Shown: piece by piece, positions 53,256 to 64,000 of the stretch | Layout: every line of letters begins with the position of its first letter | Numbering within the stretch: position 1 is the first letter of the stretch | Source: Laetmonice hystrix | Lineage: Eukaryota | Assembly (NCBI GenBank): GCA_965235115.1 | Contig: OZ249453.1 | Span: forward strand, 7,998,001-8,062,000 | Direction: 5' to 3' | DNA length: 64,000 nt | The notes under the pieces: model-generated | What the model was told of the DNA's origin: nothing | The model's input: only the letters and a program-made list of their open reading frames with translations | The model's database searches: none | Translations under genes and position numbers: made by a program

Positions 53256-53342
53256 GGGGCCGTAGCAGAAATTCCCGCTCGCTAAAATTGCCATTGAAAT
53301 TCCATTTCAATTTTAGTGAACGGGAATTTAAGCAACGGCCCC
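53256..53342. mobile_element. 87-bp hairpin MITE (GGGGCC...GGCCCC termini, CAG direct repeats), Harbinger-like
   Basis: ~35-bp imperfect arms GGGGCCGTAGCAGAAATTCCCGCTCGCTAAAATTG / CAATTTTAGTGAACGGGAATTTAAGCAACGGCCCC; CAG at 53253-53255 and 53343-53345. Confidence 0.65.
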
Positions 53343-54294
53343 CAGACACAGAAAATGTCTGACGCTTTCATTCCGGCTCGTGACGTCACAACGGCACGCT
53401 CTTTACCACTCACACTCACCGCTAGGTGGCTCTCTCATCTGCAGCGTACTGCCTGACCTCGGCTCCAATATTGCTTCACTTGTAACCATTCCCCTGCGAT
53501 CTGCTAGCTTCATTACTTTGATCTGTTTTGGGAGGTTTGCATCTGTGTTATCTTAAGCTCCAGACAAAGTACAATATTTACTGGCGCCATATAACCAAAT
53601 CTGCATGAAATAAACAACAGCAGGACCATCTCTGCCAATGACCCGCGTGTCTCATATCGTAATTGAGTTCAATAATGAATGGATCACCGCAAACAAACTG
53701 TACTAGAACTCTCTAGAAACAGAGTTTTGTTAGCCAAGTTTTTCAAGTGGCCAAATCTGATCTATTTAGAATATTTCCACATGGACAAGATAGTGAAGGG
53801 TTTGAAGACACGAATACCACGACCAAATTCTTGCTAACCTTGCCACCTGGGTTCGTCTTTTTGTGTTAAAGCGATAGTCTCCTCCGGTTCGACCATGCTC
53901 ACAGCCACCTAGTGGCCTATTTGATAACTACGACCATCCTATGCTGTAGCATAGGAACTGACGTCTATAAATAGCACATCGACCGTTAGGATGGCCAGCC
54001 TATCGCACAATGCTGAAGGACGAGACTGTCGCTTTAAATGTTCCACCCTGAGCCCGGGCGAGGTGAGCTGAGACAAGGTGAGGTGAGGATGAGCAAGAAC
54101 ATTTCGGTCAGCAAGAAAAACGTGCTCAGCCCATCCCAGCTTAGCTCACGGCAAGCCGAAGACAAAATCACAGGACCCTGTCAAACTATTCTTGCACACA
54201 CTGAGAGGTCTCTGCGGTGATTCCTGTTCAAAACATAAAATGCCCCTTTAACAATCACACGCTCCGCACCCATTAATATATCCCCTTAAACAAA

Positions 54295-54479
54295 CAGGGG
54301 TGTAGGCAGAACTGAGATAAGGGGGGGGGGGCCGACTCAGATAAGGGGGGGGGGTAGTTCCCAACCGTACTATTAGTAATTCATTTAGATTTAATTAGTT
54401 ATTTAATTAGTTATTAATTATCTTTTTTGGGGAGGGGGAGGGTTCTGGGCAACCCGGAACCCCCCTGGCTACACCCTTG
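54295..54479. mobile_element. 185-bp MITE-like element with CAGGGGTGTAG...CTACACCCTTG termini (hAT-like ends)
   Basis: 15-bp TIR with 2 mismatches. No clear TSD. Confidence 0.5.
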
Positions 54480-54966
54480 ACAAGCATCCCTCCGAAACTC
54501 GGTCTTGTAATAATTTACGGCTATATATGTACTGTCGATAATCAGTCAGTCCGTGGGTAAAAATATTGTCCAATCCTATGCTCCCTTTATCTCAGATGTT
54601 TTTTGTGAAGTAAGTCACTCGGCCTGCATACCGACCAGCGACCGGTTCGGGAACGCTCTGGTATGGACGCCAGGGTAGCAGACATGAAATGGGGCGGAGA
54701 TGACGGCGTTCATTGACTGCCGCCGGCTGACAACCCCCCTCCGATCCCCACCCCCACCCCCACCCCTATCATGCGATGCTGCCACCGTTTCCCTACATTT
54801 ATCTATTATCCCTTCCGTTCCGTCCCGTCTATTAAAGTTTGATACGGATCCACCACTGAACTCACACGACACATCCCGAGCCTCGGTTTCAGTGACCAAT
54901 CAATGCCGACGACTCTTGTCGACTCTATGGGCGGCTGGGTCCCGAAACGTCCCCCCCCCCACTCAC

Positions 54967-54977
54967 CTCTACGAAAT
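54967..54977 (-). CDS. Candidate 11-nt microexon ATTTCGTAGAG ((x)FVE) completing PTB beta1
   Basis: tttgtcgttctcacactcag| 11 nt |gtgagt followed by a G run. Phase 1/0 reading gives FVE|YIGSF, the same F-x-x-Y spacing as SH2D5 FAQYVGSF (recalled). Confidence 0.4.
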
Positions 54978-55040
54978 CTGAGTGTGAGAACGACAAATCT
55001 ATAATTACTGGATCCTATAGCCCTAAACCTCGTCCAAACT

Positions 55041-55326
55041 CCTATACTCCCAGTGTCTTACCCTAGTCCTGCCCCTACCCCTAACACCTATACTCCCAGT
55101 GTCTTACCCTAGTCCTGCCCCTACCCGTAACACCTATACTCCCAGTGTCTTACCCTAGTCCTGCCCCTACCCCTAACACCTATACTCCCAGTGTCTTACC
55201 CTAGTCCTGCCCCTACCCCTAACACCTATACTCCCAGTGTCTTACCCTAGTCCTGCCCCTACCCCTAACACCTATACTCCCAGTGTCTTACCCTAGTCCT
55301 GCCCCTACCCCTAACACCTATACTCC
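55041..55326. repeat. Minisatellite, 46-bp unit, ~6 copies, G-tract rich on the minus strand
   Basis: CCTATACTCCCAGTGTCTTACCCTAGTCCTGCCCCTACCCCTAACA. Confidence 0.97.
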
Positions 55327-55388
55327 TCAGTTTCATAGGAATATTACCACGGGGAATAACCCCGTTGGGGACGTCAATATACCAGGCA

Positions 55389-56043
55389 CTCCTCATCAGT
55401 ACCACTCGGTCCACAAACTGCTCTCTCAGAACTAAATACACTATAAATACACCAATCTACATCGAGCCAGTGGTAGCAGGCTAACTCCTCATCAGTACCA
55501 CTCGGTCCACAAACTGCTCTCTCAGAACTAAATACACTATAAATACACCAATCTACATGGAGCCAGTGGTAGCAGACTAACTCCTCATCAGTACCACTCG
55601 GTCCACAAACTGCTCTCTCAGAACTAAATACACTATAAATACACCAATCTACATGGAGCCAGTGGTAGCAGGCTAACTCCTCATCAGTACCACTCGGTCC
55701 ACAAACTGCTCTCTCAGAACTAAATACATTTTATACACCAATCTACATCGAGCCAGTGGTAGCAGGCTAACTCCTCATCAGTACCACTCAGTCTACAAAC
55801 TGCTCTCTGAGAACTAAATACACTATAAATACACCAATCTACATGGAGCCAGTCGTAGCAGGCTAACTCCTCATCAGTACCACTCGGTCCACAAACTGCT
55901 CTCTTAGAACTAAATACACTACACCAATCTACATCGAGCCAGTGGTAGCAGGCTAACTCCTCATCAGTACCACTCGGTCCACAAACTGCTCTCTCAGAAC
56001 TAAATACACTAAAATACACCACATCGAGCCAATGGTAGCAGAC
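55389..56043. repeat. Minisatellite, 96-bp unit, ~7 copies
   Basis: CTCCTCATCAGTACCACTC at 55389, 55485 and onward. Confidence 0.97.
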
Positions 56044-56870
56044 TGTCAGACTCAGTCGGCATTCCATCACAAAGACTTCGGACTTCTGAAGAAAACAAAG
56101 CGTTTGTTTCTTTCTCTCATCCGTTTGACGGAGACAACCTTACGATGAAGACCTACCATGATTTTTTTCTGATTATAATCTTCTTTGAGCTCCAGGAGAA
56201 AAGCACAGCAGAACCCCCCCCCCCCCCCCCGCCCCCTCTGATGGTGCAGATGATAAGCTAGTTACAGGCACACCAGACCACTGTCAGACTTTTATCCATT
56301 GTTTGAGGGAGCTCAGACAGGGCTGGGCGTGTTGGAATCGTCTCAGACTCCAACAGTTCTCTAAGTCTTCCCTCAGTAACCGTCGAGTTGGCACCAGTCA
56401 ATGTTGGCGAGAACCAACTCTCGACCAAACACTGACATATCTGTTTCACAGTCACCCATCGCGATGATCTGACTGAACAACACCACCAGCTGCCCAGTCT
56501 ATCACAGTGCCATTTGCTATGGCAACTAATTGTCACCGTGTTTGTTGTTCTGGACCATCAACTACAGATCACAAACATGGCTGGCAGAATGTAGATTGAC
56601 ACTAAAAGCATTCCATGCTTACTGTGTCGGCTGACCCCAAACACAACGTCGCCTTCACACTGGGACAGCACCTATGGATATACTGTAAAAGTCTTACAGT
56701 ATTCCCACTTTCTATCCTAACTTGACAATATACTCTTGATTCCGTCGATATCTTATGTAGTTACAGTTTCTATTAATTGGGTCATCATTCAAGATTATTA
56801 GTCTTAGCTTACAATGTAGATCATCAGCAACATCCGAGTGTGGATGAGGCTGCCTAACTTAGATACTTAG

Positions 56871-57794
56871 ATGGCAGTATGTCACCAGCCTCGCTCGGAC
56901 GTATGGAGGTATGGCAGTATGTCACCAGCCTTGCTCGGACGTATGGAGGTATGGCAGTATGTCACCAGCCTCGCTCGGACGTATGGAGGTATGGCAGTAT
57001 GTCACCAGCCTCGCTCGGACGTATGGAGGTATGGCAGTATGTCACCAGCCTCGCTCGGACGTATGGAGGTATGGCAGTATGTCACCAGCCTCGCTCGGAC
57101 GTATGGAGGTATGGCAGTATGTCACCAGCCTCGCTCGGACGTATGGAGGTATGGCAGTATGTCACCAGCCTCGCTCGGACGTATGGAGGTATGGCAGTAT
57201 GTCACCAGCCTCGCTCGGACGTATGGAGGTATGGCAGTATGTCACCAGCCTCGCTCGTACATATCGGAGGTATGGCAGTATGTCACCAGCCTCGCTCGGA
57301 CGTATGGAGGTATGGCAGTATGTCACCAGCCTCGCTCGGACGTATGGAGGTATGGCAGTATGTCACCAGCCTCGCTCGGACGTATGGAGGTATGGCAGTA
57401 TGTCACCAGCCTCGCTCGGACGTACGGAGGTATGGCAGTATGTCACCAGCCTCGCTCGTACATATCGGAGGTATGGCAGTATGTCACCAGCCTCGCTCGG
57501 ACGTATGGAGGTATGGCAGTATGTCACTAGCCTCGCTCGGACGTATGGAGGTATGGCAGTATGTCACCAGCCTTGCTCGGACGTATGGAGGTATGGCAGT
57601 ATGTCACCAGCCTCGCTCGGACGTATGGAGGTATGGCAGTATGTCACCAGCCTCGCTCGGACGTATGGAGGTATGGCAGTATGTCACCAGCCTCGCTCGG
57701 ACGTATGGAGGTATGGCAGTATGTCACCAGCCTCGCTCGGACGTATGGAGGTATGGCAGTATGTCACCAGCCTCGCTCGGACGTATGGAGGTAT
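56871..57794. repeat. Minisatellite, 40-bp unit, ~23 copies, with two 39-bp variant units
   Basis: GTCACCAGCCTCGCTCGGACGTATGGAGGTATGGCAGTAT every 40 bp. Confidence 0.98.
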
Positions 57795-57900
57795 ATGGCG
57801 GTAAGCGACCCATAGCGTGACTCAATGAACCAAGCTAATCACCACTCAGCCTCCTCGCTGAGGTTTTATCGCATCGAACCACAAACCACCGGGACTTAAC

Positions 57901-57968
57901 TACTCCTCCTCCTCCCCCTCCCCCTCCTCCTCCCCCTCCTCCTCCTCCTCCTCCTCCTCCCCCTCCTC
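57901..57968. repeat. Imperfect (CCT)n microsatellite
   Basis: Direct inspection. Confidence 0.9.
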
Positions 57969-60940
57969 AACTGATAATAAATTCCGTCGACAATGTAGAA
58001 TTAAGATGACAACATACAAATCGGATTAAACAGTGGCATGGTGATCCACATGTTCACGACGACCACCACCTGAGGCTACATTGATGGGATGAATTAGGGC
58101 GCCAGCAGAGATTACGGCCTGAAAGACTTAATAGGCACTTAACTGGGCAGACTGCAGCCATTAGTTACTGGCATAATTTATGGTTTGCCATGAATAAATG
58201 AAACGTGGACAATGTAACAATTCCTAATGGTTTCCTCTGAGCTACATTAAGTGCCGAGTCTGGCCTTGGTTCGAGCCGCCATGTAAAACACGACCGTGAT
58301 ATGGCTGTAACTCTGCGCCATGTACAGAATATAGTATTTTGTTATCGTTTATTGTCACGTTGTGGTCGACTGATAGAAATTAGTGGCACAACCACGGCTA
58401 ACATACGGGCAATATCGGACACAATCCAGACAGGGTTTGTTCGTCGTACAAATGTTTGGGTCGACATTCATATACATAGGCCGTATCAGTCACTGATTCC
58501 AGACTATCATTTCAGATGCTAATATGTTTAATGTTTGCCACAAAGGTCGACCTTCAATAGTTCCAGACAATGTCATTGTGATTTCTATCACATGTTAATG
58601 CACCATGTTAGGCAGATGGCGGTGATCTTTCCACGTCTGACTCAAATAAATAATCCAAACGGATAAATGGGGGAAAAAATAATATCGTTCTATAAAAAGT
58701 TCCACGTCGCCTCCCTTGAGATGGCGGTGCATGATTCAATGAACACTCATGGAGGGAAATATTTCTCCCGTGTTTTTCATGTATTTTTATTGTAAAATTG
58801 AAAATAAGCACAACATAGGACCTTTTCTGGAGCACTTAAGAGGAATTGCCTGGCAACAACCTACTAGGGGTGGATTGCCCATAATGCTGGAGGATGCCAT
58901 GGCACCCTTCGTAAGTCTCACTAGGCCGCAGGAGTGACGTAGCAAGACGTCGCGTTTTGTAACATATAAATATATGAAATACGTCTACAGGACCTCCTTT
59001 TCTGTACCATTTCGTTTGATGAACGGTTTGAATCAAACCACACATCTGGCACTTACTTAAACTCCTCAGGTAGCCGAGGTCAAGCCAGGGTCAAAGATCA
59101 TCAGAACGAAAATGACAAGGAACGCTAAAGGTTAACTCCCAACAGGGAATTGGAATAGAAAGAAAATTGCTGCCTCGTCAAATCACAGACTCAGTGAAAG
59201 CCCTTCCTTTTGTAGATATTCGACCAGACATTTCCACCCGGTCAGCCTTTCAGCGAACTTTGACCTCAGCCTCTCTATGGATTCGCGGTCGACCTCTCCG
59301 ATTCTCATCAGTTTACGGCGGTAATTTGTCATAGCCAATCAGGGCACACGTACCACACGGACCGCCTATCGTAGCATGTCTTCTCCTTCCTGATTCGTTA
59401 TCAACAAACGTCTTGTCAACGACGGCAACGATATAAGACGCGATCTAAGTGGCCCTCGCTCCCCGGGGCCCAGTTTGGGAGGACAATCTGACCAATCACA
59501 GAGCCTGATACAACGGCAATCAAGGCTCTTCAGATGTTTGTTCATTTCAATAACTGCCTCGATATTCCGTGATATTAGCTCTGTTAACTTACTGCATTCT
59601 ATTAATTCCCGCAGTTAAGAAAGAAAATCTGTTCCTTCAAGCATTCTGACTTGACAATCTCAGGCAATTAGACAATTTAGATCCAAATTGAACTTCTCCG
59701 TTTACTTTTAATAATTAATGCCACACTCTGATGATTGGATTCGTTATGATTTTTTTACGATTCAGATTTAAATCCAGGAAGACAAGTCTGAACAACCCAG
59801 TCCTGGCAAACTGGAAAGTCTAACGATTACCTGAAAGGGGAATATTTATAACTTGTGTTGACTGAAGCTAGTCATTGGTACGGTCAGCCATTGCCTGTGC
59901 TTGGCTCGGTGACAAAACCAGTTGTTGAGTCATTCAATTACATTTCTGCACAACTTGTTTGATAGGTCCCCATATAATCAATTTCCTGTTGTCAATCATG
60001 CAACTACTGCACGTTAAAAAAAAGGAAGGACTGCGCACAAAACACACACTCCTGAGGGGGGGGGGGGGGGGGGGGTGAGCGAATTCCCGGTGAAAGCAGT
60101 TTCCACGTAACAAGCCAGTTCACAAGCCTGTGTTGTGCATACAAATAATCTCACAGCAGAAGAATCTGAAGAAAGCGATAACATTTTCACGGCGCGACCA
60201 GCAAACCACGGAGACCCTGCAGTGGTATCTTGTACATTTACCCCCCCCCCCCACCCTCACCCCCCCCCCCCCCCATCCCCGACAACCCCAATGTAATTGG
60301 TTTCGGTTATCATTCCACAACAGTTGTTAATAACGCACGTACCTGGTTGACCCCCTCCTGTCGAACCTGGCCCATACACACCCCTGCCTGACCCAGCCCC
60401 CTCCACCCCCAAACTGTCTCACTGGTAACAAAAAACATCAACACTGCCAGCTGATATCACCTTCAGCCATGACAGACCGGGTCTGAGGGCACAACCAGAG
60501 CCATGTGAGGGTCATGTAAACACAGCAGGGGGGCTGGGGGCGGCTGGCCCCTCAGGTAGCGCCTTACCTCAGTACTACCGCGGCTGGTGCCAACACCACC
60601 CCCCGCCCTCCCCAAGCAGTCGTACAGACACAAGCAGCAGTGCCAGGACTAAAAACCCACCCGCCCTCTTCAACAACACTCCTGTCAACCACTTCCATCA
60701 AACAGAACGGAAATAAAAGGCAAAGGAGACGAATAGAAAAATGCAAGACTTTTTCTTGACAGGGAGGGGACGGAAGTGCGATATTCGCGCTGTAGACTTG
60801 CTTTGAGCGTTTTTCAAACAAAGCCTAGATGGAGGCCCACGGGGCTATATCTAACAGTTTAACATGCACACTGTGACTGACAGACAAACTGATTCCCGTC
60901 CATTGATTTCTTTTGTTTATTTCCTTGTTTGAGTACGTAA

Positions 60941-61138
60941 TAATAAGTAATATTTTCTAATTATCTAAATTATTGAAAACGTAATGCATCGAAGTATTGA
61001 AATTACACGGACTCGTCTTTTCTGATGCAGCTCACTAGAGGTGCTGCGAAACCACGTGCAAGAAATTGCCTATTCCGACTCAAAGCAGAAAGCGGTCAAG
61101 GTTGATCATTGGCACCACCATGAAAAGGTGGTGGTCAC
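60941..61138 (+). repeat. Interspersed repeat, copy 2 (~200 bp)
   Basis: Same orientation as 5823-6038, 55 kb away, with small indels. Confidence 0.85.
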
Positions 61139-62054
61139 ACCGGTCACGGTACTTTCTATGGCCGGTCGGGGCCACTCGGACGAGTCCAAGATCCAAATAT
61201 ACTCAACTGGACCATGATATACGAAATATACGAGAAGAAATATGTCCGTACACTGGAGACCAAGGCCGCCGGAGAGCTTGTCTGAATATAATAGAACATC
61301 AGGACTACTGTATCCTTGGGTGATATATCACGGCACGTAACATATCACGTTTGGTTTCTGGTGGAGCGCAGCTTCAGAACACCAATCCTACAAGTTGTTC
61401 ATCGGCGATAAAGTCTTTTATCTATAACACAAATATTTGCACATTTCCCAAATGAACCACACCCAGGCGCGGGGAAACGAGAGAAAAGAAAATCGCTTTA
61501 ACATAACTGTGGGTGAAAAAAAACCGTGAGATTTGTGCTCAGTGTAACGATGGAATCGTGTAGCGGGGGCGGGGGTTTGTTGTTCAAAGACTGTAATCTG
61601 TAACTCATAGCCTCCAGTCAATGTCTGTAATCTGTAACCCATAGCCTCCAGTCCCCCACAAATCTCATAAAATATGGAAGTCACTATCATGGAAATGAGA
61701 CGGATCTGTTCATGAATTGATCGTAATTTGGTTTGATCCGGCTGGCTTTATTTGGTGAACCTTTCTCCAGGGAGCTCGCAAGTCATTCCTAGCAGATAAC
61801 CCCCTCCTCCCCTCCCCACCCCACCCCCTCCTCCTCTCCCCCACCCCACCCCCAACTCCTCACCCCCTCACCCCCACCCCTCTCCTCTACCGACCGACTG
61901 GAGATCAAGCCATCACATAAACTTCTCCACGGTCCCTCCACGGCGGCTGGCCAGCACTCCACCATTCCGTCGGTTTACACAAAGGACATATATTGAATTT
62001 GACAACCCCCAACATCATTACACAACCTCAAGTCGTACGCCACGGAGGGCCGTT

Positions 62055-62438
62055 ATAATTCATAGCCAGACGTCTATCGTACCGGGACCATGGTTCAGGG
62101 CCTTACTGTGATAACAAGTCACAGCCAGACGTCTATCGTACAGACGGGACCATGGTTCAGACTCAGGGCCTGACTGTGATAACAATTCATAGCCAGACGT
62201 CTATCGTACAGATGGGACCATGGTTCAGACTCAGGGCCTGACTGTGATAACAATTCATAGCCAGACGTCTATCGTACAGATGGGACCATGGTTCAGGGCC
62301 TGACTGTGATAACAACTCATAGCCAGACGTCTATCGTACAGATGGGACCATGGTTCAGGGCCTGACTGTGATAACAATTCATAGCCAGACGTCTATCGTA
62401 CAGATGGGACCATGGTTCAGGGCCTCACTGTGATAACA
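62055..62438. repeat. Minisatellite, 62/68-bp units, ~6 copies
   Basis: AGCCAGACGTCTATCGTAC recurs. The 68-bp units carry an ACTCAG insertion. Confidence 0.95.
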
Positions 62439-62949
62439 TCTGATGGGAATTCAAAGTTTGGGTGAGAATCATTCCACTGGTCTCTCCTTGATTACAGACT
62501 ATGAGCTGACGTCATGGCGAGGTCAGGCTGACCTCATGGCGAGGTCAGAGCGACCTCAGAACATCAATAAGACAATGCCGAAGTCATCACATCTATAAGA
62601 CAACGGGTCCCCAGGCGACGCCATGCTTTCTCCGTACACAGTTAGGTGAAGGACAGAAAGAACGACAGCTCCTCCTCTGGAGGGAAACGGGGGCGGACAA
62701 CAGGCATGATGACCCTGAACTTTGACCTTGGGTCATGACCTTTGTATTCCATCTCTGGTCTGAGAAATGGGCGTCGTGATTAGATTGGAACGGGCGGTTC
62801 CGGGTGGTGGTGGTGGTGGTGGGGGGGGGGGGGCGGTGAGGAATGATTGAAACGATGAGTATGGCACCACTTGTGGTCACGTGGCTGTGTTTTATCATAC
62901 CTTGACTGTGGTAGCCAGGTCCGGCGGACCTCCATTTTGGCCGACTTAC

Positions 62950-62973
62950 ATTCCCTCCACACCTGACTGGCAT
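62950..62973 (-). CDS. Candidate start-codon exon (MPVRCGGN|)
   Basis: aaaaccATG context and a gtaagt donor at 62949. Phase 0 is compatible with exon 51852 directly but not with the microexon. Confidence 0.2.
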
Positions 62974-63536
62974 GGTTTTTAACCCCGACCCGAGCCCACA
63001 GCGGACCCAGACACAGTCTGAGAGCTTGCGATGGCTGAATTCTATAGGGAGTCCAGGAATCTGGACTTACTTAGGACTTAGACAGCCCGCAGTAAGTGGT
63101 ATCTCACTGCACTGATTCGTAGACCATACATGCAAAAAACATATTAGATGAGAAAACAATAAGGGGTCACAAGTGTGTATATTTCCGTTAGTGCCAGGGA
63201 TATAAGTCATATTATCTTAGAGGTAGGAGACTGCGCAGGAACACGACAGGTCTCTCCCGGGTATTTGGTAGGACTCGACAATTTTCTCCAGAATGTTTTT
63301 ATGGCAGAACTGCGCTGCGATAAACGTGTTTTTGGTTTGCCATGCGCCATCTAAGTGCAGCTGGTTCAAATAAAAACATATTTTCGATTCTTCTGGCAAG
63401 AAAAGAAACATTCGGGGTCTATTTCCTGAGAAACCCTCCACTGATCTGCTGGGCTGAAGAAAGTCGAGTTCGAGACAAACCCTTGGGTACGGCCATCTAT
63501 ACTATAGTAATCAACCTGAACATATTATTTTCTCCG

Positions 63537-63898
63537 AGTTTCTCCTGCCTATTCCGCTCGGGCCTGGCTGACAGTTTCTCCTGTCTATTCCGCTCGGGCC
63601 TGGCTGACAGTTTCTCCTGTCTATTCCGCTCGGGCCTGGCTGACAGTTTCTCCTGTCTATTCCGCTCGGGCCTGGCTGACAGTTTCTCCTGTCTGTTCCG
63701 CTCGGGCCTGGCTGACAGTTTCTCCTGTCTATTCCGCTCGGGCCTGGCTGACAGTTTCTCCTGTCTATTCCGCTCGGGCCTGGCTGACAGTTTCTCCTGT
63801 CTATTCCGCTCGGGCCTGGCTGACAGTTTCTCCTGTCTATTCCGCTCGGGCCTGGCTGACAGTTTCTCCTGTCTATTCCGCTCGGGTCTGGCTAACAG
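63537..63898. repeat. Minisatellite, 36-bp unit AGTTTCTCCTGTCTATTCCGCTCGGGCCTGGCTGAC, 10 copies
   Basis: Direct inspection. Confidence 0.97.
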
Positions 63899-64000
63899 AT
63901 ATTGGTTCCCGTAAACCTCACAGAATATCATCTTTTATTTTACAACGATCCCACAAACCACAACAAAGCAGTCACGCACAGATCACTGAGCGTGAACCAT

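Noticed and set aside
58262-58280. GGTTCGAGCC B-box-like motif (tRNA/SINE)
   Set aside because: No A box at a suitable distance and no cloverleaf.
60569-60821. Minus-strand ORF/exon with donor gag|gtaagg and promoter-like CTTCCG start
   Set aside because: Its open frame ends in phase 2, which is incompatible with both the microexon (phase 1) and exon 51852 (phase 0). At most it is a non-coding 5' exon.
3011-63898. CRISPR-like appearance of the regular arrays
   Set aside because: Units are near-identical along their whole length with no unique spacers. There are no cas genes and the context is eukaryotic.
238-63898. Apparent excess of array units that are multiples of 3
   Set aside because: About half of ~23 arrays against one third expected. 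This is too weak to separate from chance.
9940-63931. Long periodic ORFs (10313..11185, 14368..14931, 30091..31677, 36535..37721, 48570..50494, 56871..57820, 63342..63931, etc.)
   Set aside because: All are translations of minisatellite units that happen to lack stops. They are open in several frames or strands, and most sit inside introns of the SH2D5-like gene. There are no splice or start signals linking them to a gene.

Overview
Eukaryotic (metazoan, probably invertebrate; this is inferred) genomic DNA with GT-AG introns. There is no prokaryotic gene organisation, CRISPR array, rRNA or tRNA. The one gene I can support well is a minus-strand, multi-exon PTB-domain adaptor of the SH2D5 / tensin-related PTB type. 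Its six phase-compatible exons lie between 51852 and 26899. I also find a candidate 11-nt microexon (54967-54977), a candidate start exon (62950-62973) and two candidate 3' exons ending in a class I PDZ-binding motif. I found no SH2 domain. About 13.5 kb (~21%) of the window is 20+ mutually unrelated minisatellite arrays (units 11-96 bp), and these generate nearly all the long ORFs in the supplied track. Several short TIR elements (MITEs), a ~200-bp dispersed repeat and many CTCF-consensus sites are also present. The most striking unexplained pattern is that several intronic arrays amplify splice signals on the host gene's sense strand: the real acceptor, GTRAGT donors, and a branch point + YAG|GTGAG ratchet-like unit. 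The left 25 kb has exon-like segments on both strands that I could not assemble into a recognisable gene.
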